DNA of 64,000 nucleotides from an uncultured Lachnospiraceae bacterium (GCA_964464905.1 CAYXHC010000001.1:1097-65096); one strand, 5' to 3'. Shown: positions 51,314 to 61,690, counted from the first letter of the stretch. Numbers and translations: made by a program. Notes: generated from the letters alone by a model not told the origin.

Positions 51314-52780
51314 TTGAGGGTGCTTGACTGCGAGTATCCCTCGGAGGACGTTGAAATCACGGACGTGACCGCTGACAGCAGAAAGGCGGGCAAGGGGACT
51401 CTTTTCGTTTCAATACGGGGGCAAACCTCAAACGGGAGTGATTTTATTGAGGATGCCGTAAGGCGGGGCGCCGCTGCCGTTTTGACTGACAGCGTGCCCC
51501 AAAGAGACGTGGCGGTGCCGTACATACTAGCAGACGATACGAGACGCGCTCTTTCGCTTTTGTGCGCCAGGTTCTATGGGATCGAAAGGGCAGACGGGAA
51601 AACTGGCATCGTTGCCGTTACCGGAACCAATGGCAAAACTACGACCGCACACATGATAGCACACCTTCTTTCGTCGTCGGGATATAAGGTCGGTATTATC
51701 GGTACTGTGGGAAGTGGGTTTTATTCGGGTTATCGTCGAGCGCCCAACGGAATGACGACGCCTGAACCAGAAGACCTTTACCGCGAAATAGGAAATTTGA
51801 AAAGAGACGGTGCAGATTATATCGTCATTGAGGCAAGTTCGCACGGTATCCATCAAAAGCGGCTGGCGGGTCTATATCTTACGGAATGCGAGCTGTCCGC
51901 GGCGGTGTTTACGAATCTTTCGCCGGAACATATGGATCTTCATCCCACGATGGAGGATTATTATCTGACGAAAATGAAGCTATTTACCGATTACGGTTTT
52001 GCACGCAGAATAATAAACGCAGACGACGAATACGGTCAGCGGTTGTGCTATACCTACGGTGGCATAAGCGTTGGTGAGGGCGATGACGCTCTTTGCCGCG
52101 CAAAGAACATAACGTTTCTCGGTGAGGACGGTGTTTGCTACGTTTATTCGTCGCCAATGGCAACGCTGAACGTTAAGTGCCCTATGCCGGGGACATATAC
52201 AGTATCAAATTCGATGCTTGCTGTGACGACAGCGCTATCTCTTGGCGCCGATGCTATGACGGTGGCTGAGGCCATGCAGAGCTTTTCCGGTGTGAAGGGG
52301 AGGATGGAGCGCATTGAGGTTGATGAAGACTGCTTCGTTCCGCCTGTGTTCATTGATTTTGCCCATACACCGGCGGCGCTTGAAGCGTTGATACGCTCCG
52401 TTAAAACGGTGTTCCCCGAAAAGAGGATCGTTGTCCTTTTCGGCTGCGGCGGCGACAGAGACAGAACGAAACGCGCCGTTATGGGGCGCATCGCCACCAG
52501 AGACGCCGATCTTACCGTGATCACCTCGGACAACAGCCGAACCGAACGAAGCGACGATATAATCAGTGATATAATGATGGGAGTGCTGCCGTCGTCGGCA
52601 TATTCCGTCATAAAGGACAGGAAAAAAGCGATAGAATATGTTATAATGAACGCGGACGACGACGACGTTATCGTTCTTGCGGGCAAAGGTCACGAGGACT
52701 TCGAGGACGTAAACGGCGAAAAACGCTTTTTTGACGAGCGAAGGATAGTGCTCGATGCTATTAAAAAAAGAAACGGATAG
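51314..52780 (+). CDS. murE: UDP-N-acetylmuramoyl-L-alanyl-D-glutamate--2,6-diaminopimelate ligase
   Basis: It has the Mur ligase P-loop VTGTNGKTTT, the DNPR-like motif DNSRTE (meso-DAP type) and GKGHE. The start is uncertain: TTG 51314, or in-frame ATC 51296 giving IKLHKLLRVLD (see finding). Confidence 0.9.
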   Translation: MRVLDCEYPSEDVEITDVTADSRKAGKGTLFVSIRGQTSNGSDFIEDAVRRGAAAVLTDSVPQRDVAVPYILADDTRRALSLLCARFYGIERADGKTGIVAVTGTNGKTTTAHMIAHLLSSSGYKVGIIGTVGSGFYSGYRRAPNGMTTPEPEDLYREIGNLKRDGADYIVIEASSHGIHQKRLAGLYLTECELSAAVFTNLSPEHMDLHPTMEDYYLTKMKLFTDYGFARRIINADDEYGQRLCYTYGGISVGEGDDALCRAKNITFLGEDGVCYVYSSPMATLNVKCPMPGTYTVSNSMLAVTTALSLGADAMTVAEAMQSFSGVKGRMERIEVDEDCFVPPVFIDFAHTPAALEALIRSVKTVFPEKRIVVLFGCGGDRDRTKRAVMGRIATRDADLTVITSDNSRTERSDDIISDIMMGVLPSSAYSVIKDRKKAIEYVIMNADDDDVIVLAGKGHEDFEDVNGEKRFFDERRIVLDAIKKRNG

Positions 52781-52807
52781 ATATATATCAGCGAAAGGAC
52801 GGCGGCT

Positions 52808-54274
52808 TTGCCGCATACGGAAATGACAGAGAACTCGGTTAAACTGACCCTGATGCCTATGGATGCGGAAATGATAAGCAGAGTGACGGCGGGTAAGCTC
52901 GTCACCCTGAACGGAGGATATGGCGGTAGAATAGAATACGTTACGACGGATTCCCGTATTCCCTTGGAATCGGGTATGTTTGCCGCTATTTCCGGTGAAA
53001 GATTCGACGGACACAACTATATTGCCGACGCTATCGGCAAGGGGGAGCGTCTTATTCTTTGCGAGCGAGTTCCTGAGATCGGTGAAGATATTCCCGGATG
53101 TGATCTTGTTTTGGTTGAGAATACGGTTATGGCGCTTGGAAAGCTTGCGGCTCACTACATTTACGAGAGTCGTGTGAGGACTGTTGCCGTTACGGGTTCC
53201 GTTGGAAAGACCACGACGAAGGAACTTGTTTCGTCGGTGCTTTCGCGTAAATACTGTACTCATAAGACGGAAGGAAACAAGAATAACGAGATCGGCTTGC
53301 CGCTGACGGCATTCGCCATCGCGCCTGATACGGAATACGCCGTTTTTGAGTGCGGTATGTGCGGCCTCGGTGAGATAGAGTATCTTTCCGATATCGTTCA
53401 TCCGGATATTGCCGTTATAACGAATGTCGGATCCTCGCATCTTGAAAAGCTCGGCACGAGAGAGAATATTGCGAAAGCGAAGCTTGAGATCGTTCACGGT
53501 ATGGATAAAAGCGGAGTTCTTATAATTAACGGCGACGAGCCTCTTCTCACCTGTTCGGATGCCGTGAAATCGAGAGAGCGCGTGATAACGGCGGCTCTTC
53601 ATAACAGAAACGCTGATTACAGAGCGCTCAATATACGCAGCATGGGCGATAAAACGCTTTTCGATCTTATATATAATAATAAAGTTGCCGCAAACGTGGA
53701 GATCCCGCTTCTCGGTACGCATAATGTTTACGACGCTCTTTATGCATTTGCCGTGGGAATTGAAGCGGGGATGACGGAGGAGGCTATAAGGATAGGACTT
53801 TCTATGTATCGCGGCGTAGCTATGAGACAGCGGGTATACGATATCGGAGGATTTACCGTTATTGAGGACTGTTACAACGCAAGTCCTGAGTCTATGCGTG
53901 CCGGTATAGACGTTCTTATGATGATGGCAAATGCAAAGGGCAGGCGGCCGGCGGCGCTTCTCGGTGATATGAAGGAGCTTGGTGACGGTACACATCTTCT
54001 GCACGATCAGATTGGCGTGTACGCTGCAAAAGCAGGCGTTAAGCTTCTTTATACATACGGGCCGTTGGCGGAGGGAATAGCAAAAGCGGCTATATCAAAC
54101 GGTATACGAGCAGAAAACGTGTACGTAAACGTGGATAGCGGAGATCCTGCGTCAACGGGGGATATGATACTTTCCTCCATTGAAAAGGGTGACATCCTTC
54201 TCGTTAAGGCGAGCCGTTCCATCGCCGCCGAGCGCGTTATCGAATATGTAAAAAATAAGGAATTGAAAGGATAA
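52808..54274 (+). CDS. murF: UDP-N-acetylmuramoyl-tripeptide--D-alanyl-D-alanine ligase
   Basis: It has the P-loop VTGSVGKTTTKE and a C-terminal domain with ...LGDMKELG.... Its position after murE fits. The start is TTG 52808 (GAAAGGA 7 nt upstream) or ATG 52823. Confidence 0.9.
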   Translation: MPHTEMTENSVKLTLMPMDAEMISRVTAGKLVTLNGGYGGRIEYVTTDSRIPLESGMFAAISGERFDGHNYIADAIGKGERLILCERVPEIGEDIPGCDLVLVENTVMALGKLAAHYIYESRVRTVAVTGSVGKTTTKELVSSVLSRKYCTHKTEGNKNNEIGLPLTAFAIAPDTEYAVFECGMCGLGEIEYLSDIVHPDIAVITNVGSSHLEKLGTRENIAKAKLEIVHGMDKSGVLIINGDEPLLTCSDAVKSRERVITAALHNRNADYRALNIRSMGDKTLFDLIYNNKVAANVEIPLLGTHNVYDALYAFAVGIEAGMTEEAIRIGLSMYRGVAMRQRVYDIGGFTVIEDCYNASPESMRAGIDVLMMMANAKGRRPAALLGDMKELGDGTHLLHDQIGVYAAKAGVKLLYTYGPLAEGIAKAAISNGIRAENVYVNVDSGDPASTGDMILSSIEKGDILLVKASRSIAAERVIEYVKNKELKG

Positions 54275-54291
54275 ACGGAAGCTTTATCATT

Positions 54292-55326
54292 ATGGAAAAT
54301 ATGACCTATATACTGACGGCGGTATCCGCTGTTGCCGCGTTTATACTGACCGTGATCTTCTCCCGTATTATCATTCCCATTCTGAAAAGCCGTAAGATGG
54401 GACAAAAGATACTTGAGATAGGCCCTCGCTGGCACAAGTCCAAGGAGGGAACCCCCACTATGGGCGGCATCACCTTTATTTTTGCTATGACGGCAGTGAT
54501 GATAGCGGCAATAATCGTTATGGCGCTACGCACGGGTACCGTTCCGGTTGCAATGACGGCAACCTTCGTTTATGCGCTTTTCTGCGGATTTATCGGCTGT
54601 ATCGACGACTCTGCGAAACTGCGTAAAAAACAGAACGAGGGTCTTACGGCTCTCCAGAAACTTATACTTCAGATAGTGGCGGCGGGAACGTATACGGCGG
54701 CTCTCGTGTATTTTGGCTGTATCGGAGATTCACTTTATATTCCGTACTTTGATATATGGATAAACGATCTCGGTATCGTTTATTATCTCTTCATCGTCTT
54801 TATGCTCGTTGGTATCGATAACGCCGTGAACCTCACGGATGGTATTGACGGTCTTGCGTCGTCTCAGGTGCTGGCGGTGGCTGCTTTCTTCGTCGTCATA
54901 GCGTTCACGAAGCTTGGCGCGGGCAGCATGGAGGGCGCAGAGCTTGCCGTTCTCGGCGCTTCTATGGCAGGCGGAGCTTTAGGATTTTTGATGTATAATT
55001 TCCACCCCGCCCGCGTATTTATGGGCGACACGGGCTCTCTATTCTTCGGCGCTCTCGTTATGGGCGGCGCTGTGATGCTGGATAACCCGCTGATCGTTTT
55101 GGTGTTTGGTCTTATGTTCATCATTGAAACCGCATCGGTTATGATACAGGTGCTTTATTTCAAGGTGACTCACGGAAAAAGGTTTTTCCGTATGGCTCCC
55201 ATCCACCACCACTTTGAAAAGTGCGGCTGGGGCGAGATAAAGATAGTCGCCGTATTCACGGCAATAACCGTTCTTATGTGTCTGCTTGCTTATTTTGGAA
55301 TTGCTGAAGCAAGCAGTCTTACCTAA
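54292..55326 (+). CDS. mraY: Phospho-N-acetylmuramoyl-pentapeptide-transferase
   Basis: It carries KEGTPTMGG, NAVNLTDGIDGLA and the HHHFE motif (APIHHHFEKCGW). Ten TM segments are predicted. Confidence 0.95.
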   Translation: MENMTYILTAVSAVAAFILTVIFSRIIIPILKSRKMGQKILEIGPRWHKSKEGTPTMGGITFIFAMTAVMIAAIIVMALRTGTVPVAMTATFVYALFCGFIGCIDDSAKLRKKQNEGLTALQKLILQIVAAGTYTAALVYFGCIGDSLYIPYFDIWINDLGIVYYLFIVFMLVGIDNAVNLTDGIDGLASSQVLAVAAFFVVIAFTKLGAGSMEGAELAVLGASMAGGALGFLMYNFHPARVFMGDTGSLFFGALVMGGAVMLDNPLIVLVFGLMFIIETASVMIQVLYFKVTHGKRFFRMAPIHHHFEKCGWGEIKIVAVFTAITVLMCLLAYFGIAEASSLT

Positions 55327-55375
55327 GCTTTTATTAACACATATAACGTAAAGTTTGCGAAAGGAGGGCGAAGAT

Positions 55376-56644
55376 TTGAAGAGACAGCAGTCCAGATCGA
55401 AAGGCGCAGATCATATCAACGAAGCGACACCTAAAACTGATGTCACCGTGCGCGAAGCGGAGCTTCCGGCCCTTCCCGTTGAACCTCGCGGCAGACGGAA
55501 GGAGCCTGAATATATACGCATAAAAACGTCGCCCGACCGTATTCTTATGGTGCTTATGCTCGTGCTTATATGCATCGGCTCCATAATGGTGTTCAGCGCA
55601 AGCTATCCTTACGCCATAAGTCAGGGACTTGACAGCTACTATTACGTTAAGCGTCAGATATTCTTCGTTGCAGTGGGACTTTTCGGAATGACCATTGCAA
55701 TGCGTGTGCCGTATCATTATTACAGAAAGCTTGCCCCCTGGATATTCGCATTCGCTTGCTTTCTTTTGGTGCTGGTGCTTTTTATCGGCGTCAGCGAAGG
55801 AGAGGCTCAGCGGTGGATATATATACCCGGAATAGGAATATCCGTGCAGCCGTCGGAGATAATGAAGGTGGCGCTTATTATCATTTTGGCAAGCTATGTT
55901 GGTAAGTATTCGGAACGTATGTCGGTGGGGGCGCCGCTGAAGCTTCGCTTTCTTTACGGCGTTTTCTATCCGTCAGGTATACTCATTACCGCTTGCGGTC
56001 TCGTGCTTCTTGAAAAGCATCTTTCGGGCACCGTTATAATCTTTGCTATCGGTTGTATCGTTTTGTATATAGGCGGCGCAAGTGTCGGACTTATGGCGGC
56101 TACGTATCTGCCGCTGGGAATTGTCGGCGGGGCTGTCTATCTTATGAAAAATCCTTACGCGCTTCAGCGCATCACGACGTTTTTTGACGAAAACGCAGAT
56201 GCTCTTGCAGAGGACTGGCAAACGACTCAGGGACTACTCGCCATCGGTTCGGGCGGTCTTTTCGGTGTCGGTCTCGGAGAGAGCAGACAAAAATACGGTT
56301 ACGTTTCACAGCCACAGAATGACTTTATTTTCACTATCCTTTGCGAAGAACTTGGATATATAGGCGCGGTTGCCGTTATTCTTCTGTTCGTTGCTCTTTT
56401 ATGGCGCGGCTTTACGGTGGCAAGGCGTGCTCCTGACGTTTTTTCATCTCTTGTTGCTTACGGTATAATGAGCCACATCTCGCTTCAGGCGATATTGAAT
56501 ATAATGGTCGTTACCGATTCCATCTTCAACACGGGCGTTTCGCTTCCGTTTTTCTCATACGGCGGCTCGTCGCTTATCGTGCTTATGGCGGAGATGGGAG
56601 TAATACTGTCGATCTCAAGACATTCAAGACAGAGAAAGATATGA
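55376..56644 (+). CDS. ftsW: SEDS-family peptidoglycan glycosyltransferase FtsW/SpoVE
   Basis: ORF track gives 55355..56644. I placed the start at TTG 55376 with AGGAGGG 7 nt upstream. SEDS blocks are present: ...QPSEIMKVALII..., ...DFIFTILCEELGYIG... and ...LPFFSYGGSS.... Confidence 0.9.
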   Translation: MKRQQSRSKGADHINEATPKTDVTVREAELPALPVEPRGRRKEPEYIRIKTSPDRILMVLMLVLICIGSIMVFSASYPYAISQGLDSYYYVKRQIFFVAVGLFGMTIAMRVPYHYYRKLAPWIFAFACFLLVLVLFIGVSEGEAQRWIYIPGIGISVQPSEIMKVALIIILASYVGKYSERMSVGAPLKLRFLYGVFYPSGILITACGLVLLEKHLSGTVIIFAIGCIVLYIGGASVGLMAATYLPLGIVGGAVYLMKNPYALQRITTFFDENADALAEDWQTTQGLLAIGSGGLFGVGLGESRQKYGYVSQPQNDFIFTILCEELGYIGAVAVILLFVALLWRGFTVARRAPDVFSSLVAYGIMSHISLQAILNIMVVTDSIFNTGVSLPFFSYGGSSLIVLMAEMGVILSISRHSRQRKI

Positions 56645-56677
56645 TTTTGGTCCAACCTATCCTATGAGGAGGAATTT

Positions 56678-57796
56678 ATGCGAGTATTAATGACGGGAGG
56701 TGGCACAAGCGGTCACGTTAATCCCGCAATTGCTATTGCTGAATCTATAAAAAAGAATTTTCCCGGCTCGGAGATCGCCTTTGTCGGTACTCCCAGAGGA
56801 ATCGAAAACAAGCTGGTGCCTGCTGCAGGATATAAGCTTTATCACGTTGATGTGAGAGGGATCAGACGATCATTGTCGCCTGCCAATCTCCGCGCAGCAT
56901 ATCTTGCTCTGACGTCGCCCTACAAGGCTAAAAAACTCATAAAGGAGTTCAAGCCCGACATCGTTATCGGAACCGGAGGGTATGTTTCCTGGCCCGTTAT
57001 CAAGGCAGCGTCAATGATGGGAGTGCCTTCGATGCTTCACGAGTCCAACGCATATCCCGGCGTTGCAGTAAAGATGCTGTCGGGTGTCGTTGACAAGATA
57101 CTTCTAAATTTTGATAAAACGGCCGAATACCTTAAGTGTCCGAAGGAGAAGCTCGTTACCGTCGGTAATCCTTTGCGTTCAGGTTTTGTTCCTGCTTCCG
57201 ACAAGAAGACTGCCAAGGTTGCTGTGGGGGCAGATAAATATGAAAAAATGATACTCTCCTATGGCGGAAGCATGGGTGCTCAGTACGTGAACGAGGCTGT
57301 GCTTGCTATGATGAGAGATTACACGAAGCATCATCCCGAGATACTGCACGTTCACGCCGTTGGCTCCATTGAGCTTGCTGATGCAACGAAAATGTATTCG
57401 GATTACGGTCTCGACGGCACACCGAACATAAAAATGCTTGAATACATATACGATATGCCGGCGCAGATGGCGGCAGCAGACCTTCTTATTTGCCGTGCGG
57501 GTGCGATGACGATATCCGAGGTGGCCATGATGCGCAAGCCGACTGTGTTTATTCCGTCGCCCAACGTAACGGAAAATCATCAATATAAAAACGCCCGTAT
57601 GCTCGAAGAGGCGGGCGCAGCTGTAATAATCGAAGAGAAGGATCTTGATGGCGGTAAACGTCTTGTGGCGGAGGTTGAGGCTATCCTCAAAGATGACGAC
57701 AGACGCATTGCTATGGGCGAATGTGCGGGAGATTTTGCCGTTGCCGATGCAAACCGTTTGATCATAGAGGAAATCAGAAAACTGTTAGGAAAATAA
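56678..57796 (+). CDS. murG: Undecaprenyldiphospho-muramoylpentapeptide beta-N-acetylglucosaminyltransferase
   Basis: The MRVLMTGGGTSGHVNPAIAIAE N-terminus and the ...LICRAGAMTISE... C-terminal domain are present. Confidence 0.95.
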   Translation: MRVLMTGGGTSGHVNPAIAIAESIKKNFPGSEIAFVGTPRGIENKLVPAAGYKLYHVDVRGIRRSLSPANLRAAYLALTSPYKAKKLIKEFKPDIVIGTGGYVSWPVIKAASMMGVPSMLHESNAYPGVAVKMLSGVVDKILLNFDKTAEYLKCPKEKLVTVGNPLRSGFVPASDKKTAKVAVGADKYEKMILSYGGSMGAQYVNEAVLAMMRDYTKHHPEILHVHAVGSIELADATKMYSDYGLDGTPNIKMLEYIYDMPAQMAAADLLICRAGAMTISEVAMMRKPTVFIPSPNVTENHQYKNARMLEEAGAAVIIEEKDLDGGKRLVAEVEAILKDDDRRIAMGECAGDFAVADANRLIIEEIRKLLGK

Positions 57797-57798
57797 AT

Positions 57799-58782
57799 AT
57801 GGACGGTGAAAACCGAAATAGGTCGCAAGGGAAACTGCTCACCCGCTCCGAGCGTTTGGCGCTTAAGCGTATGCAGCGTGAGCTTGGTTATCATAAAAAG
57901 AAAGCGGAAAAACAAAAAAAGCTTATGCCAAAGCTCGTGCAGATGGCGAAAGCGGGGAACGAAAGGATTGAGAGCGAGCGCGCTTTTGAACATAATCTTG
58001 CCGTTGCCTCAAAGCACGAGAGACGTGTAAACGTCAAGCGGCGCTGGCGGATATATACCTTCGCGGTGACGGCGGCATTCGTGTTGCTTTTGGTTGGATA
58101 CGTGCTGTATTCGTATATATTCGTGATCAACTCCGTTACGGTCTCGGGAAGTGCCAGATATACGCAGGAGGAGATCCTTGCCGTTGCAAAGGTTGCGGTG
58201 GGCGATAAGCTTTTTTCTGCCAATATAGATGAAGAAGATGTCAATGCGGCGGTGGTGAAGTATTTTCCGTATATCAAAAGCGTGAAGCTTTATAGAACGG
58301 TGCCCGATAAGCTCACTCTTGAACTTATCGAGGAGGATCCGGTGTTTCTGTCGGAGATATACGGTCAATACGCGCTTTTATCGGAGGAGCTTCGCGTGCT
58401 TGAACTTCGCGACACGGAGCCTCTCGGCGATTATATAATCCTCCGCTTGCCGGAGGTGAAAAGTGCCGTTGCCGGACAGGTGCTCGTGTTCAGAGACGAC
58501 GTTTTGAGTGTGGCTCTGCGTGCGGCAGAAGCAGTGGCGTCTCCCGCCATGCGTGAGGGCACGTCGCTGCTCGATGTCTCTGACAGATTCAGCATATATG
58601 TGTCCTACAGTGGAAAATACAAGCTTATGATAGGCGATATAAACGACATCGATCTGAAGCTTGCGATAGCTTTTGAGATAATGAAGGATGAAGTGTTTGC
58701 AGCGGGAAACAAGGGGACGATTTATCTTGAAAACATTAACAGTCCCAGTGTGATCATAGATAACGAGATAGATCTCGACTGA
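57799..58782 (+). CDS. ftsQ: Cell division protein FtsQ/DivIB (POTRA domain)
   Basis: ORF track gives 57721..58782. I used ATG 57799, 2 nt after the murG stop. A basic cytoplasmic N-terminus is followed by a TM segment (IYTFAVTAAFVLLLVGYVLY). A POTRA-like region follows (INSVTVSGSARYTQEEILAVAKV). Confidence 0.8.
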   Translation: MDGENRNRSQGKLLTRSERLALKRMQRELGYHKKKAEKQKKLMPKLVQMAKAGNERIESERAFEHNLAVASKHERRVNVKRRWRIYTFAVTAAFVLLLVGYVLYSYIFVINSVTVSGSARYTQEEILAVAKVAVGDKLFSANIDEEDVNAAVVKYFPYIKSVKLYRTVPDKLTLELIEEDPVFLSEIYGQYALLSEELRVLELRDTEPLGDYIILRLPEVKSAVAGQVLVFRDDVLSVALRAAEAVASPAMREGTSLLDVSDRFSIYVSYSGKYKLMIGDINDIDLKLAIAFEIMKDEVFAAGNKGTIYLENINSPSVIIDNEIDLD

Positions 58783-58863
58783 TGCCTAAAATGGAAAAAC
58801 AGCGATAATGGGCGAAAAAACGAAAAAATCCTTGAATTATCTTATAAAAATACAAAAAAAGTA

Positions 58864-58892
58864 TTGCAAAACAAGAGAAAATCCTATATTAT
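58864..58892 (+). promoter_or_regulatory. SigA-type promoter upstream of ftsZ
   Basis: TTGCAA (58864-58869), 17 nt spacer, TATTAT (58887-58892). Confidence 0.65.
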
Positions 58893-59001
58893 ATAAGTAA
58901 TAATGCAAGACAATGATAGGCGTGTGCCTTTATTAGACAAGCGCAAATAATCAGCTTTGAGTGCCTCTGCGAAGTGTTGCCGAGGCGGAAAGGAATAAAA
59001 A

Positions 59002-60264
59002 ATGGCATTTGAACTCGACGATAACTTCGAAAGTGGCGTAAATATTAAAGTTGTAGGTGTAGGCGGCGGCGGCGGAAACGCTGTGAACAGAATGATCTCC
59101 TCCATCAGAGGAGTTGAATTTATCTGTGTTAACACGGACAAGCAGGCGCTTCTTCATTCCAGCGCAACGAATAAGATCCCGATAGGTGAAAAGATCACAA
59201 AGGGTCACGGCGCAGGTGCTAATCCCGAGATTGGCGCACGTGCGGCAGAAGAAAGCCTTGAAGAGATCAAGAACGCTATCAACGGCGCAGATATGGTGTT
59301 CATCACCGCCGGTATGGGCGGCGGTACCGGTACCGGTGCGGCTCCCGTAGTTGCTCGTGCAGCTAAGGAAATGGGTATCCTCACGGTCGGCGTTGTAAGT
59401 AAACCCTTCGCGTTTGAAGGCAGACGCAGAATGACTCAGGCTGAAGGTGGTATCGAAAACCTCAGCACTTACGTTGATTCTCTCGTAGTTATCCCCAACG
59501 AGAGACTTGCTCAGGTATCTGATGCAAGGATCACTCTTATCAACGCATTTGAGATCGCAGACGATATGCTCCGTCACGGCGTGCAGAGCATCTACGAGCT
59601 TATAAACGTACCCGGACTTATCAATCTCGACTTTGCTGACGTTTCCTCCATTATGATGGATGCAGGTCTCGCTCACATGGGAGTTGGTGAAGGTACAGGC
59701 AAGGACAGAGCAGAGATCGCAGCAAAGGCGGCTATTTCCTCTCCGCTGCTTGAGACCTCCATCTCCGGCGCTACCGGTATTCTCGTTTCCATCTCCGGCT
59801 CTCCCGATATGGGACTTGACGAAGTCATTCAGGCATCCACGATGGTATCCGCAGAGGCTCATCCCGATGCAAATATCATTTGGGGTGCAAACATCGATCC
59901 TAATCTTGAAGATAAGATGAAGGTCACCATCATTGCTACCGGATTTGCAAAGAAGGATGCAGACCCCCGCGTACAGCGTCACGTTGCTCCCGCTCCTGCG
60001 ATCACGGTTAAGCCTGCAATAAAGGTGGAACCCAAGCCCCAGCCCGTACAGAAGCCTGCGGCTGAGGAAGAAGACATCTTCGCAGCAGATGATATTTATA
60101 ACGAGCAGACTTCCTGGAAGCCTATCGCAAATGAAGAGCCTGCTGTGGAAGAGCAGAACTATGAAGTTGGCGAAGCTGACGATACCCTCTCCGATGACGA
60201 TTTCGACGATCTTATGAGCATTCTCAAGAAGACGAGAAACAACAATAACGGCAGACGCTTCTGA
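59002..60264 (+). CDS. ftsZ: Cell division GTPase FtsZ
   Basis: The tubulin signature [10 protein letters not shown] and the [17 protein letters not shown] motif are present. A disordered linker precedes the conserved C-terminal peptide [12 protein letters not shown]. Confidence 0.97.
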   Translation: MAFELDDNFESGVNIKVVGVGGGGGNAVNRMISSIRGVEFICVNTDKQALLHSSATNKIPIGEKITKGHGAGANPEIGARAAEESLEEIKNAINGADMVFITAGMGGGTGTGAAPVVARAAKEMGILTVGVVSKPFAFEGRRRMTQAEGGIENLSTYVDSLVVIPNERLAQVSDARITLINAFEIADDMLRHGVQSIYELINVPGLINLDFADVSSIMMDAGLAHMGVGEGTGKDRAEIAAKAAISSPLLETSISGATGILVSISGSPDMGLDEVIQASTMVSAEAHPDANIIWGANIDPNLEDKMKVTIIATGFAKKDADPRVQRHVAPAPAITVKPAIKVEPKPQPVQKPAAEEEDIFAADDIYNEQTSWKPIANEEPAVEEQNYEVGEADDTLSDDDFDDLMSILKKTRNNNNGRRF

Positions 60265-60276
60265 TCAATTATAAAT

Positions 60277-60310
60277 CGAGCCGCCGCAGGTGTTCCTGCG
60301 GCGGCTCTTT
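60277..60310. terminator. Rho-independent terminator after ftsZ, shared with the convergent GNAT gene
   Basis: 13-bp stem GAGCCGCCGCAGG (60277-60289) / CCTGCGGCGGCTC (60294-60306), followed by TTTT. Confidence 0.85.
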
Positions 60311-60316
60311 TGCGCT

Positions 60317-60871
60317 TTATTTCCCCCACTCGTTTTTCAGTATCGAATAAAAGGCAATGTCGAAAAATTCGCCCGTCTTTGATCTGAAAAAGCCGCGCTT
60401 AGTACCCTCGTATGAAAGGCCGCATTTCTGAGCGACTTTTCCCGAGGCAGGGTTCGAGGTTACGTGGGAGATCTCGATGCGGTTTACACCGACTTTATCG
60501 AAAAGATATCCGATAACGGCCTTTGCGGCTTCCGTGGTGAGTCCGAGTCCCCACCAGGGCTTCCCGATACAGTAACCGATACAGGCGTATTCGTGTTTAT
60601 CGCTGACGAGGACGGCGGAGATGTTACCGATGGGGGTGCCGTCATACTCAATGAGCCAGTTATATTTGTTTGGCTGTTCATATTCGGCACACCAAAGGGT
60701 GAGAAGCTGTTTCGTCACCTCGACGGTGGCGTGAGGCTGCCAGGTGAGATAGCGGCAAACGTCCTCGTCGTTTGCCCAATTATGAAACATTGCCTCAGCA
60801 TCGTCGGGAGTGAATGGGCGGAGCGTGAGACGGAGAGTTTTGATCGTTTGTGTTCCGATGTGATCGAGCAT
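60317..60871 (-). CDS. GNAT-family N-acetyltransferase (RimJ/RimL-like)
   Basis: ORF track gives 60317..60979. I placed the start at ATG 60871 (MLDHIGTQTIKTLRLTLRPFTPDDAEAMF) with GAAAGGA 7 nt upstream. It shows the typical Acetyltransf_3 pattern (...WGLGLTTEAAKAVI...). Confidence 0.8.
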   Translation of the reverse strand: MLDHIGTQTIKTLRLTLRPFTPDDAEAMFHNWANDEDVCRYLTWQPHATVEVTKQLLTLWCAEYEQPNKYNWLIEYDGTPIGNISAVLVSDKHEYACIGYCIGKPWWGLGLTTEAAKAVIGYLFDKVGVNRIEISHVTSNPASGKVAQKCGLSYEGTKRGFFRSKTGEFFDIAFYSILKNEWGK

Positions 60872-60875
60872 GGGA

Positions 60876-61667
60876 TTAGTCCTTTCTGAATATATCCAAC
60901 ATATGGTGTGTGGCGCCGACCATGTCGGGGCGCTCGCAAATGAAGAAGTGATAGCGAATGTAGGCTTCAAAAAGCTCATCGCTCATTGCATCCACGATGT
61001 CGGGCATAAAGTGCGTTGCCATATCTGTGCCAACATAGTGAAGCCGCGATGTGGGAAAGGCGGACATAAGTGCGTCCACGTCTTCCTTGCGGTAGAGCTG
61101 GAACAGCTCTCTGGGGGTTGAGGATGCCTTGAAGGTCTCGTGGTCGATCATTTTCTGATAGTGTTCTTCCAGAAGCTTGCCTTTGCCGAAGCAGAATTCT
61201 ATCATCGTTGCATCGTTATTGCAGTATGCGGCGAATATAACGCCGCCCTTTTTTGTGACGCGGATCGCCTCGGAAAGCGCCTTTAGCTGATCCTCCACAG
61301 TGTACAAATGGTACATAGGGCCAAGAAGAAGTGTGAGGTCATAGGTTTCATCGGAGAAATCTGCGAGGTCAAGGGCGTTGCCTTTGGTTATGGACACAGG
61401 TTCATCGGGTGTGATGTGACTTTTGAAGATCTCGATATTGTGGTCTAAAAGCTCAACCGCATCGACCCGGCATCCGCGGTGAGCGAGCGCGTGGCTATAT
61501 CGACCCGTTCCGGCTCCGATCTCAATGATATATGCGCCCGAGGTGAGATATTTTTCGATATAACGCATAGTGGTGAGGTACTCAACGGAGCCGTGACGGG
61601 AAGTGAGGCGTGCGTCTTCGTCACATTTGTTTTCATAAAATTCGATGAGATAGTCAAGGGTGTGCAT
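60876..61667 (-). CDS. Class I SAM-dependent methyltransferase
   Basis: ORF track gives 60876..61736. I placed the start at ATG 61667 with GGAGGA 6 nt upstream. Motif I is IIEIGAGTGRYS and the post-I motif is VDAVEL. Confidence 0.8.
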   Translation of the reverse strand: MHTLDYLIEFYENKCDEDARLTSRHGSVEYLTTMRYIEKYLTSGAYIIEIGAGTGRYSHALAHRGCRVDAVELLDHNIEIFKSHITPDEPVSITKGNALDLADFSDETYDLTLLLGPMYHLYTVEDQLKALSEAIRVTKKGGVIFAAYCNNDATMIEFCFGKGKLLEEHYQKMIDHETFKASSTPRELFQLYRKEDVDALMSAFPTSRLHYVGTDMATHFMPDIVDAMSDELFEAYIRYHFFICERPDMVGATHHMLDIFRKD

Positions 61668-61690
61668 AAGATTCCTCCAAAATAACGATA

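Noticed and set aside
52235-54004. 589-aa minus-strand ORF spanning murE and murF
   Set aside because: It crosses the boundary of two well-supported Mur ligase genes and is Arg/His/Ser-rich nonsense. It is an antisense shadow.
58951-59982. 343-aa minus-strand ORF opposite ftsZ
   Set aside because: ftsZ is unambiguous on the plus strand. This is an antisense shadow.
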